From Nemertoderma westbladi (Eukaryota > Animalia > Xenacoelomorpha), in the NCBI GenBank assembly GCA_032718475.1, contig JAUCBJ010008151.1, positions 1 to 51,358 of the forward strand: a stretch of DNA of 51,358 bases. The letters are read 5' to 3'. The notes beneath the pieces were generated by a model, which saw only the letters and a program-made list of their open reading frames with translations, was not told the origin of the DNA and did not search any database. Both the position numbers and the translations under genes were made by a program. Below, one piece after another: positions 31,896 through 45,776 of this stretch (its first letter is position 1; each line of letters begins with the position of its first letter).

Positions 31896-34191
31896 TGCAG
31901 TTCTTAGCCAAAACTACATTTTCTGGACCATACTTTGATATAGTGGAGCAGAGATAGGTGTTGGTCGACTCTAAGTGACATCATTCTTTTAAAACTGGCA
32001 TAACAACCCATTACTATGGGAATATTAATGTTATTCTTATAATGTTACTATTTAGTTAGTGTTCGCGCTTTCAGACCTTTGGCAGTTTAACCCGCCAAAT
32101 TAAGATGTCTTCTAGATATTAAATCGCTTTTTAGCCTATGACAAGTATTTGATTCACTACACTAGTCGAAACCAATCCGTGCGCGACCATTCACCCGCTG
32201 GATATTCCCGGGAGATTGGGTTCGACGGTTTAATTTTGTTGCTATGTAAGCCTAATGTATTATTCGACTGACAGTATTATATAATCTCTGACAATATTAT
32301 TCACCTTCGGGAATATTAACAGTTCCTTTAGGACGTGGCGCTTTATCTACATAAACAGAGTTATGACTTAAACTACTCACAACGATATGGCTTAATTATA
32401 ATTCACATATATGGCGCATTCTTTAGGAATGCTTCTTTAACAGACTCACTCATACACAATGCTGCACAATACTGCACACTAATCTGCCGATCTTCACTGA
32501 TTTTAGTCACATATAAAAGGAACACAGACTGACTCATGTAGGGTCTATCAAATAACATTAGATTCACTTCAAACCACTTTAACATAAGTCACAATCGTTT
32601 ATCTGTAACCCTTCTCTCTTACCTTCGGTATATCAAGAATATTGGGTTTCGGGGTTATTTATCGTTATTCCAAATATAATTATTCATCAACCATATTATG
32701 AAGAACCGACGGTAAATAGCAGTATAAAACAACAATGAAAACACTGATTGTTATGAGTTTGCAATGTTTCAGCAGTCAGTATGTATGATCAGTTAGCAGT
32801 GATTCCATGAGTTAAAGGATATATGCCCTTTATAATTAAACCTACTAGTGTAAGACTAAAAACTAAAACACGGAGGTGCCAAAGCCGGTTCTTAGGCTCT
32901 GGGCAAAAACATAACACTGAACTACTGAGTTTCTGTATATACCTCCAACACAAAGACAACAAACGCTCTGATTGGTCAACCTGAACAACGAGAGAACAGA
33001 GAAACAAAGAAACGTCGACGTGGCAATATCAGCTGCTAGCTGTCGTCATGGTAGCGACACTGTTTTCAAGAGTATCGAGCTTTTACGTCACGGAATTACG
33101 GATTATGTCCTCTAAAGTACAAATACAGAAGAAATAGCTCTTATGTCCGCTAAAACACCAGTACAGCAAGGACACGGCCTTTTTATGCCTGGTAAACCAA
33201 CTACAGAGTACTTTACGGGAAAAATAAGGAAAAATAACCGGACAATTCAGTAAAAGCTTTTACAGTTAGCTCAAATATAGCTCAAAATGTGAAGAAAAAG
33301 AAGTACCTACTTTTTTCCCTAGGGAATAATAGTTAATCATACAGTAGGCCTAGGATTGCATTGAACTTACTTTTCCCGGCGAAAAATGTAAATGTGAAAA
33401 TATTTTTCGTGGAATTTCTTAAACTTTATTACATGTGTTGAAAGAGCATCGAAATAGAATATGTTTGTAGCTTTCCACGTAGTTTGAGCAAAATCCGAAA
33501 CTCAATAGTAAGTAATATATATATATTAATATATATATTCATATACATATAATATATATTCTTAATAAACTTCATATATTCCAGAACCATTAAATTAATT
33601 AACATTTTCCTAAGTACTAAATAATTATTTATACTAATAAATGTATTTAATGTGAACGATATACACCACCCTTCTGTGGGTAGTGGATACATGACATGTC
33701 CACCAAAAATACTATTCAATTAATTCAGCCAATTTAGTTATATATCCAATTTGAAGTTTATGCAATGTTACTCCTAGCGGCCAATGTAAGAAAATAGGAA
33801 TTTTAGAATGTAAACCATTTAAATAAGTTTGACATCAATTTTCACTAACAAATTCAGGTGCTTTTTTGATGATCGAATCTTACGGCGATTGGATGAATTA
33901 AGCATAGAGCTATACAACACACATGACACAGTAGGCCTAATGTTTTACCTTTGGAGCTTGGGTGTTATTATTCCCTTGGGCAAAATAACACCTATGCAAT
34001 TAATGAATTAAAGTGAAACACACCGAAAATTTTCCAATGTCCTTGGGCAAAATCAATTTAAACACCCCCAAAACTTTCCAAGCCCCATTTTGTAAACTCT
34101 CCCCCCAAACAATGCCCTCTTTTAGAATCTGTAAATAGTTGTTAAGGGATAAAAATAATCGAAATGCATACCACAGTACATGTGTAACAAC

Positions 34192-35597
34192 TTACTTATT
34201 ACCCAGTGATTTAGTAGCGATAGGTCGACAGTTTGCTGCAAGGTTGGCGAAAAGTGAAATATTGTTTACATTGGCAGTTGTGAGGTTACAATGTGATTGC
34301 GTGTTAGACACTCTAAATGGAGGAAGAATGCCACCATATTCAATTATTAAACTGTCATGTTGGCGTTGAAAATCTTGCCCAAGAATAATGTCAGAACAGA
34401 GATTACTGAGAACTTCAAGATAAATAGATGGGTAGATGGTATTGTTGATTTCGATATCAGTCACGCAAGATCCTAATACTTGCACAGTTAAGTTGCTCTG
34501 AGCCATGTTGATCTCCCTCGTCTTTGGGTCAATTTGCAGATTGAGCCATCGGGCTGCTTTATCGCTTATAAAGCTGTCTGAGCTACATGAATCTACAAGA
34601 GTGGAGATGTCTATTCCTTTAATTTTGCATGTTATAGCTGCATATCGGAGACCCCGTGGAACATTGGCACTTATCGAGCACATTGTAGGTTTAAACATGG
34701 CGGCAGTAGTAGATGTCTTTGGCTTTACCTTCGCAAAATGACCAGTTTTCCCACATCTGTCACAATCAGCGTCTTTCGCAGGACAAAGAATCCGTTTGTG
34801 AACCGCACCGCCACAAAAGAAACATTTTGCCATCGCTACATTCAGCTGTGTGTCCCGTGTAGTCGCAGCTAACAAACTTTCTCCAATCTCGTAATCGCCC
34901 AAAGCACCACTACTTGTCGTAGCAGCGAGAGTCATGGGCCTGTGGGAAGTCGTAGAGTAAGCATCAGCATTCCTCTGCACAAGATCAAGAGAATATGCTT
35001 GACTATGTGCTTCTGACAGCGTTAGAGTTTTGTTCTCAAGAAGTCGTTGCCGTATCATTGCAGAGGATAAACCGAAGGTTCTCATGAAGGAATCGCGAAT
35101 TAATTCCTCTCTATAAGTATCTGCTGTAACCGCCTTTATTCTCCAATCTTTACTGAGTTTCCGGAGTTCCAGTAAAAACTCGTCGATCGATTCGCCTGAC
35201 TGCTGTCATCGAGTCGCCAGTAAATGTCGCGCAAAAATTTCGTTCGGAGCTTTCACATAAAGAGCCTCCAAGGTTTTTAGCGCATCCTCGTACATTGCCG
35301 AATCTTCTATGTATTCATAAACGGAGGAGGAGGCATAATTAACGAGTGTTCGAAGTTTATCCGGGTTTACACAAACCTCCAGGAAGTTACTAAACGTCCG
35401 TAGCAATGCTTCCATTGTTTCGCTGCATCCGAAGCATTCGGATCCAAAACCAATCTCTGCGGTTTAAGGAGTTTTTCCATCTCGTATTATTACGATTAAG
35501 TTTATTATATAAGCTAAGTAAATTGTCGTGAATAGAAATTAAACACTGAGCCAAATATAATATTACTTCTGTATTATTATAATAGTTCAATAATACA
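34192..35597 (-). mobile_element. Decayed Ty3/Gypsy retrotransposon remnant (partial LTR, gag, protease), truncated before RT
   Basis: Gag start MEKLLKPQRLVLDP at 35480 with frameshifts and a stop. NEIFARHLLATR; knuckles CFFCGGAVH..CPA..CDRCGKTGHFAKV; protease LVDSCSSDSF and DIILGQDF; ends at RPIATKS. Confidence 0.85.
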
Positions 35598-35599
35598 CC

Positions 35600-37099
35600 T
35601 GTACACTGTAAAATTATCATACAGGAGGCCTACATTCATAGTACATACTGTACCAACTGATACGAATACAGATCTACATCAAACTGTATAATTATCATAC
35701 AGAAGGCCTACATACATAGTACATACTGTATCAACTGATACGAATACAGATCCACATCAAACTGTATAATTATCATACAGGAGGCCTACATACATAGTAC
35801 ATACTGTACCAACTGATACGAATACAGATCTACATCAAACTGTATAATTATCATAGGAGGCCTACATACATAGTACATACTGTACCAACTGATACGAATA
35901 CAGATCTACATCAAACTGCATAATTTTCATACAGGAGGCCTACATACATATGTAGTACATACTGTATCAAATGATACGAATACAGATCTACATCAAACTG
36001 CATAATTATCATACAGGAGGCCTACAAACATAGTACATACTGTATCAACTGATACGAATACAGATCCACATCAAACTGCATAATTATCATACTGGAGGCC
36101 TACAAACATAGTACATACTGTATCAACTGATACGAATACAGATCCACATCAAACTGTATAATTATCATAGGAGGCCTACATACATAGTACATACACAGAA
36201 TAGAATACAGATCCACATCAAACTGTATAATTAGCATACAATAGGCCTACATACATAGTACATACTGTACCAACTGATACGAATACAGATTCGCATCAAA
36301 CTGTATAATTATCATACAGGAGGCCTACATACATAGTACATACTGTACCTACTGATACGAATACAGATCTACATCAAACTGTATAATTATCATACAGTAG
36401 GCCTACATACATCGTACATAATGTACCAACTGATACGAATACAGAACCACATCAAACTGTATAATTATCATACAGGAGGCCTACATACATAGTACATACT
36501 GTACCAACTGATACGAATACAGATCCACATCAAACTGTATAATTATCATACAGGAGGCCTACATACATAGTACATACTGTACCAACTGATACGAATACAG
36601 ATCTACATCAAACTGTATAATTATCATAGGAGGTCTACATACATACTGTACCAACTGATACGAATACAGATCCACATCAAACTGTATAATTATCATACAG
36701 GAGGCCTACATACATAGTACATACTGTACCAACTGATACGAATACAGAACCACATCAAACTGTATAATTATCATACAGGAGGCCTACATACATAGTACAT
36801 ACTGTACCAACTGATACGAATACAGATCTACATCAAACTGTATAATTATCATAAGAGGCCTACATTCATAGTACATACTGTATCAACTGATACGAATACA
36901 GATCCACATCAAACTGTATAATTATCATACAGGAGGCCTACATACATAGTACATACTGTACCAACTGATACGAATACAGAACCACATCAAACTGTATAAT
37001 TATCATAGGAGGCCTACATACATAGTACATACTGTACCAACTGATACGAATACAGATCTACATCAAACTGTATAATTATCATACAGGAGGCCTACATAC
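35600..37099. repeat. Second array of the 78-bp satellite, roughly 19 copies
   Basis: Same unit as 15485-19907 and the same right junction CCTACATAC|CTGCTACCACAAG. Confidence 0.96.
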
Positions 37100-40000
37100 C
37101 TGCTACCACAAGTTAGAAAAATCAACATGAGCTGATGACTGATTGTGTGTGCCTGGAGGTCTTTTAATTTAATTCTAGACCTACTATTGGGCCTACAGTA
37201 ACTCGGAAATAGTTTAGTGTTGTTTAATGCATGGGTATAGGTGTCTCGTGTTTGAATATGCTGTGTAAAGATTGGAAAGTAGGGGTTAATTATTTTTACA
37301 GGATTAGGAGCGACTGCAAATAACTGTAAGATTTGCTTATTAGTGAAACATTCTGTTAATGTACCATATTCCATACTATATATATATACTGTACCACATT
37401 ATACTGTTCCGCACACTATACATACTGCATGTAAAATAGTGTACTGTAGGTAAATAATAACCTGAAGTTACCGCTCTTTAACATGCTTGTCCGGAAGTCG
37501 GAGTCGAAAGCCTCAAAGAATTCTACATGATGCGAGAATGGATTCCTGGTTACTTCTAACTTTTTGGAACCCATTTTGGTTGTGGTGCAGGAGATTTTCC
37601 ATGGGATCCCTTATCCTGTTCATGATATTTTATCTAATAGCTCAGCTGTAAACGAGATCAGACTGTTTCTGTTATATGAAAGAAAAAGTTTTCGTTTCTA
37701 TGGGTCAACAAATACCTAAATTGACCTTGTGGTGCATTTTTAAATGTTTGAGCATTGGATAAAGTAATTGCAAGAATTCATGGATCTTGAATAGTTCAGG
37801 AGTTACACAATCACAATCACATGCTTTATTGGTCTACATAGAAGCTGCAGTAGTGATAGGGCGGACACTGTCATTGGCTGTACCGGTCACAGCATTCACA
37901 GCATTGTACCTGTCCCAGTAATTAATTTCTTCCCGGGTGGTTTGTAGTCACACTGATGGAAATCCTAACAGTGAATGTATACTAAATTAACACTTGGGTT
38001 TTTCATGGCAGAGCAGTCATGACTTTGGAGACTTCTTGGAGACGAAAATGAGTTTTGTCTTGCACCCACCAAGACGACGGTGAGTTTGGAAATGTAGCAG
38101 CTGGAAGCATTAAATTGAATGAAAAAAACTCAGATTTCCCGAATTTTGATCGAATTATTGCTGTACACAGATTGCATATTTGAGGTGAAAGATAAAGAGA
38201 AATTGGAGCACCCGAGAATGCCAAGAAAACCTTTTTGAGCTTATCCATAATCCTCCCTTAGCTGTCCTGAACTTACATTGTACCATAGGCCCTATCATAC
38301 CGTGTACGCCATACCATACCATACTTTACCATACAGAATCATACCATAAGCAGTCAGACTGACTTTTTACATAGGGATAAGTTGTTGGCTATTTCTTACT
38401 GAACCTACTGTTCCAAAATTGATGATTATGATTGCACATTTGAAAATTAACCCTTTCTTCCCTTTGTTCTATTCATACATTTTGCCTTTTCTAAGGATCC
38501 AGTCGCACAGGAGAATCTCTAGTGATGACTTCATTAGACCAATTCCTGAAAGTCTAACAGCTGATTACCAGAGCTACATTTTACTAAAAACTCTAAACAG
38601 CAAGGTGGGTGTTATTGTGGTCTATTTACATGCAGTCGCTCCATCAAAGTGATGACTTTGAGGCGAGGTTGTAAAAGTCGTTTCTGGGAGTGGGACGCTA
38701 CATCCAACATCATGTTGGTCTACATTTATGCTTTAAAATTAAATAGTATATATTTGTACATTATGTAACTTCTCTGCGTTATAGTGATATCCTCGTAACT
38801 GTTGTAGCCTATGGCATTGAATGCTGCAAAATAATCGTAAAAAATTAACTTCTAGAACACGTCTTGCTTGAGTATTTTCCAATTTTGATAACCATTATAA
38901 GCTACAGTAAGTGTATGTAAGATAGTTTTTGCAGAGTTGTTAGTAACTAATTATTGCAGGAAAAGGATATTAATTTTAGATATCATATACTGGAGCTATC
39001 AGCAGGTTGATGCCATCAACACTGCCGATGATGGTTGCAGGCAATCTAGAAATCTGCTGCCTGAGAGTGAATGGAAACAAAACACCAAGGTTAAGGCAGA
39101 TCTCCAGCTGATCACATCAGCTGTTGGAAGTCCCCCTTTGAGAAGCTCTAAAACAATGGCATGATTTTGCCCGGTTGATAAATAATTTAATGCTTTATAT
39201 CATGTGTCACAATCTGTACTCAGAAATACACACATTATTGGTGACACGTTCATGGGGCCTTCACGCAGCACGAAGCCGCACACATAACAAGTTTGGTTTA
39301 AGTTCATCTGTGATTGGATGCCTTATTTTAGATTTTTTTTAAAGTCTGAAACTACAGGTACCGTCTGACAGACTGTCTCATTTTTGACCACGCTTCAGAT
39401 TATTTCCAACCTTTTGTCGTACTGCATACATTACAAAGTTTGATTTAATTTCATCAATGATTGACTGACTTATTTCGGTTTTTATCAAAAGTTTGAAACT
39501 AACATGTACTGACTGTTCGGTTTTTATCAAAAGTTTGATCAAAAGTTTTTCATTTCTAGACGTTTGACCGACTGCATACATACCAGTTTTGTTTATTTTC
39601 ATCGACCCTTCAACTCATTGGAGCTGGTTGCTTCTAGTGTTGGTTGTTTGTTAACTTCATGAAGACCAACATGATGACAGTTTACTAAAACAGTGCTCAA
39701 GAAATGTCTGAATTATGAACATAACTTCCAACGCCAGGATCAAGTTTGCTTGCGTATGTGGATTCTGCTAATTGGTAAAGTAAGCATAAAAGTATGCATA
39801 AAAGTCAGGTGACAACCTCTGCATATATAAAGGTAAAGGCATGGGCAAAATTGAATGGTGTATCCACGGGTTGGAAGTCACAGAATAAAATGTAATCTCA
39901 AGGTTGATTATGTCTCAGTGTTACTTCGTCTTGTTGAACCTCAAGGACTAATCACTATAGATAATGTTGATATAACTGAAATTGGTTTGCATGATTTACG

Positions 40001-40775
40001 GAAGTCAATTGCAGTTATTCCACAAGATCCTGTTTTGTTTGAAGGCACTCTGCAATATAACTTAGATCCTTTTAATGAGTTTGAAAGTATTGAGATCATT
40101 GAGGCTCTAGAAAGGGTTCAATTGAAATCTTTTTTGGAAATGAGACTTGAGTCCAAATATAAATATGGTTCAATTATTCCCAAAGAAGGGGAAATAGATA
40201 TCTTAACTTTTCATGTTGAAAGCCGTGGTAGTAACCTAAGTGTTGGAGAGAGACAACTTCTGTGTTTAGCGAGAGCTATGCTAAGAAAATATAGGGTTGT
40301 TCTAATTGACGAGGCAACATCTTCTATTGATCAGTTTACCGATGAACTTATACAGTCTGCCATCTCTAGGAATTTCCCTAACGCAACAGTTATGACAATA
40401 GCACATCGGATAGATACCATTATAAACTGCGATAGAATAATAGTGATGAGTGAAGGACATATAGTGGAATTTGACACACCAGAAAGTCTAATAGAAAAGA
40501 AAAACAGCTTGTTATATTTGGCAGCTAAAATATCAAGCAATTAAAAGCCTCATCATTCAAGTCTCTAGACAAATATCTCATTAGTAAATGTTTCTCGGTG
40601 TGTTTTATTGTAAGTTAAATGTGATGTTTTGGTGATGAATATGTAATAATCTAACATACTACTTCCTAGAGATGCATACAAATGTATCATAAGACTAAGA
40701 ATTATTATATTTTATTTGTTAATGGTGGATTCCCACATATGTAGCAGTGAAAATAAAATCAATACCTTTGAAATA
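37100..40775 (+). repeat. Segmental duplication, copy 2, lacking the equivalent of 22792-26229
   Basis: Collinear with copy 1 apart from scattered SNPs/indels and the deletion junction at 39911-39916. Confidence 0.92.
38422..40544 (+). pseudogene. Internally deleted ABCC duplicate: exon 1 (38422-38604) plus the NBD2 C-terminal part (39916-40544)
   Basis: The NBD2 segment starts just after Walker A; the splice acceptor, both TMDs and NBD1 are deleted. Confidence 0.85.
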
Positions 40776-42114
40776 ACAAGTTATTCGTTTTAATTTTTGA
40801 TGAAGAATCAAGTTATTATAAGGGAAATAAATTACTTTACTAAAATAATAATTAAACTAATTATATATTGACAGATAATTATGTGATATTTCCTCTCTTC
40901 TGTGACGTCTTCGGCATCGTACTGTAAATCAGTGACACACTCCCAGCACTCCACAACATTTTCTATAAATCTTCGTGAGATTGCCAGGGGCGGATTAAGA
41001 ACATGGCGGCCCGGGTGCACTTTTCCACTGGTCCCCCCCCCCCCACCCCTGTTGTATCTGTGTTATGCATTGCTTATGCATTGCGGCCTAACAGAGCTTT
41101 TTTTTACAAATTTAAGTTTGTGCGACAAAGTGAAAAATTACAAACCGAAACTATAAAACAAAATTAAACATAACCTGCAATAAGTAACTAAAATTAAGAT
41201 ATTATAAATTTGTAAATGAGCAAAATAAATTAATGATAACTTTTGGAAACTTTTCTATTTACACTTTTTTTAACTTTTTTATATACGGATATTTTATGTA
41301 GAAATTAAAATAGCCAATTAATAAATTAAAACTAGTTTAACGAATTAATTAAAAAATTAAAATAGTAAAATGTATTAGCCGCAAATAATGTATATACAAT
41401 TATGAGAAATATTATTAACAACACAGTTGCAGTTACAATACTAAATACACCATGTCCCAGAATATAGTGTCGTAATTCAGTGACACGCCCCACAGCAGTT
41501 ATTCTTCTACCTTATAGTGATTCAGATATAAACACATACCTAAAAGACATCGCTACAGTAGAATCAACATTATACAGTCAATATTGCAATATTACGTGAC
41601 ACTTACCTGAAACCTGACACTTACCTGACAAGGATACTACTGCAGAGCCATAGTGATAGCAATACACTACAAGAGATAGTGATTACTACTAGGAAAATAA
41701 ACATCTGCATCACTTCTCTGAGTAAATCTGGTTAGCGTTAGCCTGTCTATTCGGATGATGATTGTGAATAACTGATTTGGTTAATCTTCGTCTATGTCCA
41801 AAGTATGCTCTAGCTCTAGCAGGTATGATATCAGTACCGCCGTACACAGAATACAGGAAGTTCGATCTTTCGTTACGGTAATGATTGGAGCGTTCGTTAA
41901 AATCTATAGGCCTACTGGTGGAAAGGTTAGCACTGTAACAGTAAAGCCCTTCCCGAAAACAGAAAGTGATACAACATTGCAACACAGCATTGCAGAACTA
42001 AGAGTGATGTAGGAGGTGCAGATAACAACATCACGTTGCAGAATGATCGATGAAGAAATTAATGCATGTAAAAAGTCTTTCCTTATATAAAGCAGTGCTG
42101 CCAGGCCAAGCGCG

Positions 42115-42412
42115 AAGGTGTAGGCGTAGGTGTAGGGCATAGGTGTAGGCATAGGTGTAGGGCGTAGGGCGTAGGCGTAGCGCATAGGTTTTTGGCGTAG
42201 GTGTAGGTGTAGCGCGTAGGTGTAGGCGAAGGTGTAGGTGTTGGTTTAGGTGTAAGTGTAGGCGTAGGTGTTGGTGTAGGCGTAGGTATTGGCGTAGGTG
42301 TACGCGTAGGTCTAGGCGTAGGCGTAGGTGTTGGCGTAGGTGTAGGCATAGGCGTAGGTGTTGGCATAGGTATAGGCGTAGGTGTTGGCTTAGGTGTAGC
42401 TGTAGGCGTAGC
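42115..42412. repeat. Imperfect hexamer repeat (TAGGYG)n
   Basis: Runs of GTGTAG/GCGTAG/GCATAG. Confidence 0.9.
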
Positions 42413-43927
42413 GTTTACACCCCACTGTATCAGCTGCAATCAGGACAATATGGGGCATGTTAAGTGTTCGCCATATTCGGCAGTACAGTACTGTACAGAG
42501 ATACTAACTGTACCCCTCCCTGCCTTCCCTTTAGCATAACAAACAAACAATAAATTTTTAAAATGTAATATATTAATAAGTATCATTATTTAATAATATG
42601 AATTATAATTAATATAATTAACAACTATTAATATATATAACTATTAACAAGAACGATTAGTAAAATATTGCAGCAAAGGCAGAAAGGCTGTATTGTTTTT
42701 AATAAATAATTAATGTTTTAACACCAACGAAATCTGCGAAAGTTGTTTACATCTGAAACTATCCATCTTTGCTGGGGCAATCACACAACTTTCATACCCG
42801 CCATCCTTCATCCTATATGGCATTTTCAATATATAATAACATGCCTTTTGTAAAAGCTTTTGCGGACAAAATAAGTCATTTTGCGTATTGCGCTAAATAC
42901 TCTAAAAAGACTTATAATTGTACAACTACGTGTCTGTCAAAAAACCCAGAGTTGGAATGACGAAATCTACCAGCTGTTCCTTTGTGTGAGAATGTTTTTT
43001 GTTGACATATATTTTCAGCCAATCAGAGTGATCTCCCTTTCTCTGTTTACAGCGGCCTATGGGAGATGACGCAATGCGGCAGTTTTCCGAGAATTCATAC
43101 TTGATTCAGGATTCATTCGGACATTCTGACTTTTAGACTTTCGTCCTAACATCAGAGGCTAGAGTCATAGGAACGCAAATCTAATAACGACCGATCGACC
43201 GATCATACATTTTCACTCGAAATTCATACAATTCATACTGACTGATTTCACCGCACTGATTTCTAATATACTGTTTTAAATTATTGTCAATTGCTGTTTA
43301 TAATAATGTATGTTATATTTGGAGAATACTGATGAATAATCGTAAAATCCCCCTTGACTTTCTTAATTCATGAGGTAAGCAGAAGGGTGTTTCAGTAGCA
43401 ATTGTGGCTCAATTTATAATGGTTTTTGTGTGAAATAAATGCTATTTCATAATCCCAACATACGTGAGTTGCAATCCTCCTTATACAGTATAAGATCAAA
43501 ATCAGTGACAGTCGGCAAATCAGTGTGCATTAGTGTGAAGTTAGTGTGAAGGTTAATAAAGCATTCCTAAAGAATGCGCCATTTGCGATATCCTATTGCC
43601 ACTAGTTGTGATTAGTGTCACTAGCGTAGCGAGGGTAGGGTCCCGGGACCCTACCATGGAGATTCCAACTTACACTAACTCTGAGAGCATTTTGCCATCG
43701 TCAAGTTCCGTTAAATTAAAAAAATTATAATGACAAGTGCAATAAACCGAATATTAGAAAATATTCGAAGTTGAAGTTGCTTTGGAAAGGAGCCCGACCC
43801 CAGACCAGATACAATCCACATTATCCCAGGCAGGTTGCCAAAGAAAATAAGTAGTAGAAAGGAGACCATATACCCCATCAAAGTGTTGTAGCCAGGCCTC
43901 CAGCCACACTACCAATAATTCCCTCAG

Positions 43928-43972
43928 GCACCCCCCCCCCCCCCCCCCCGGGGGGGGGGGGGGGGGGGGTGC
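43928..43972. repeat. GCA-C19-G20-TGC homopolymer palindrome
   Basis: Read directly from the sequence. Confidence 0.85.
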
Positions 43973-44485
43973 GAACACCTTTGCTGCATTGGCTGCATAC
44001 CAGTATGCCTGTACTGTTATGTCATATGATGATACTGATAAGTAACAGGGCAACATTAAACGTGATGGTGATCCCCTGTTGGCTATTTATTTACCTAACA
44101 GACAGGTAGGTAAATATTATATATCTTTCTCCTGATTGGTTATAGGATCAGATGCCATCAGATCAGATCAGATAAGGACAGACGTTTATTCTACCTCCCG
44201 AGAAACAGAGCCAGTCAGTGTTGGGTTGTTTACTAACCGAAACAATAATAATTAATGTGAGACTAAATGAAAAGGATAGCAGTTCGAGAAACAGAGCCAG
44301 TAAGTGTTTCCCTTTTACAGTAGTAATTACATTTCCTTAGGCTGTGGTTAAAGATGCTTTCGCAGCATTTACAACAGTAAATTTTAATTTCAAAAACTAT
44401 TTTTTTTTATTAATTTGAGTTGACCTGATAATGGAACTGTACAAAATTAATATTTTTTTAAATTATATCTCACATCTCTAACAGA

Positions 44486-45363
44486 TCTTGTAAAGCGGAC
44501 GAGTTCTTCTACAATGGGCAACCTGTAAAGATATTGAATGCATATACATTATTTAGGCGTCACTTTTCACATTATCGTTCTCGAAACATATCTCAAATAT
44601 CTGGTGTAAATCAATCCTGTCTATCCAAAAATCCTCGTTCACTCTCGCTAGAAACAGCTCTCAAAGTATTCAATATAAAGATCCGCGTTCACTCTCGCTA
44701 GAAACAGCTCTCAAAGTATTCAATATAAAGATCCGACCGATTATAACCTACAACATAAAGTTAATTTGGCCGCATTTGACTTCAACAAACTTGCATAAAA
44801 TAGACAGCGTAAAATATGTAACTATTTAAAGAAAACTCTTGGATTGCATAAGACGACTCGTAACCGTTTAGTTATAGCGCTCTGTGGCGAGGATACTTTT
44901 GTAGAGAACATCGTTTCCCAGCTACGCTTAAACGAAACGGCCTCCTTGCAGAAGTATAGAAGTGACATAATCGCCATAAACAAAGAAATTCCTCCAGAAT
45001 TCTGGAACAGCCCCGCGTTCCAGAACCGGAAGTGGGCAGAACCAAACCAAACGTGCCGACATGTCGCAACAAGGGTATCGGTCCATGGTTTCCACCACAA
45101 AATCTGCCCACTACCCAGTTTCACGTCCCCGATACGAAAAGTTGTATATGTCTGCTCTGTAACGAGCACGCCGCACTCTACCACCTATTAAATTGCAAAC
45201 AAAACGCTACTGTAAGTCACTGACATATTGGGCCGAGTCTAACAGCTAAACGCGATTTTTCTTAATTTTTTCTTAATTTTTTATTAATTATATTTTTTAT
45301 TATTTACCACGTATGTTTTTACCGGTTTAACGCCTTTCCCGGGGCGCAATTAAATTAAATAAT
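44486..45363 (+). mobile_element. Strongly 5'-truncated, decayed LINE related to the 27376-31254 element; 12-bp TSD
   Basis: ATCTCTAACAGA at 44474-44485 and 45364-45375. Encodes YLGVT, LGLH, PAFQNRKW, RH..TRVSVHGFHHKIC, CICLLC..YHLLNC. Internal 50-bp tandem duplication at 44636-44735. Confidence 0.85.
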
Positions 45364-45700
45364 ATCTCTAACAGAAGTCCTACATGATTCTAGTATAGGC
45401 CTATGTTAAAGTAAAGCGGGGGGGGGGGGGGTTACACTACACATACAGAAAGAAAGTGCAGAAATAGTACAAACGAGTGAGAAACGCATGCAAAACGTGT
45501 ATACCAGTGTAGTATAATACTGTAGTATACACTTACACACTTACACTTGTATACAAATATAATTAATTGTAAGCTATAGAATTATATTCCCTAAATGCCG
45601 TGGATTTTCAAAATTTTATTTTATTCGAATTAACTTTGTAAAGATTGCTTTGAGTTCTCATTAGTATTGGTTCTATCTATTGTGTATCTATCGGTCAAGT

Positions 45701-45776
45701 GGTTCAGTAGCTCAGTTGGTAGAGCGTTGGAAATTATATGTGTAGTAGGTATCGAGTTCGAATCCTAGTAAGTGCG
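45701..45776 (+). pseudogene. tRNA-derived sequence (pseudo-tRNA or SINE head)
   Basis: A box TAGCTCAGTTGGTAGAGC and B box GTTCGAATCC present; acceptor and anticodon stems do not pair. Confidence 0.55.

Noticed and set aside
27155-33992. Scattered TTCCCTAGGG/GGGCAAAATAAC motifs (~27155, 33315, 33961) as ends of one large DNA transposon
   Set aside because: Could not define matching termini or a TSD; probably unrelated MITE fragments.
42083-42439. Pro-Thr repeat ORF resembling a mucin or linker
   Set aside because: By-product of the (TAGGYG)n hexamer repeat; no flanking domain or gene structure.
45701-45776. Functional tRNA gene
   Set aside because: A and B boxes are present but the acceptor and anticodon stems cannot be formed.
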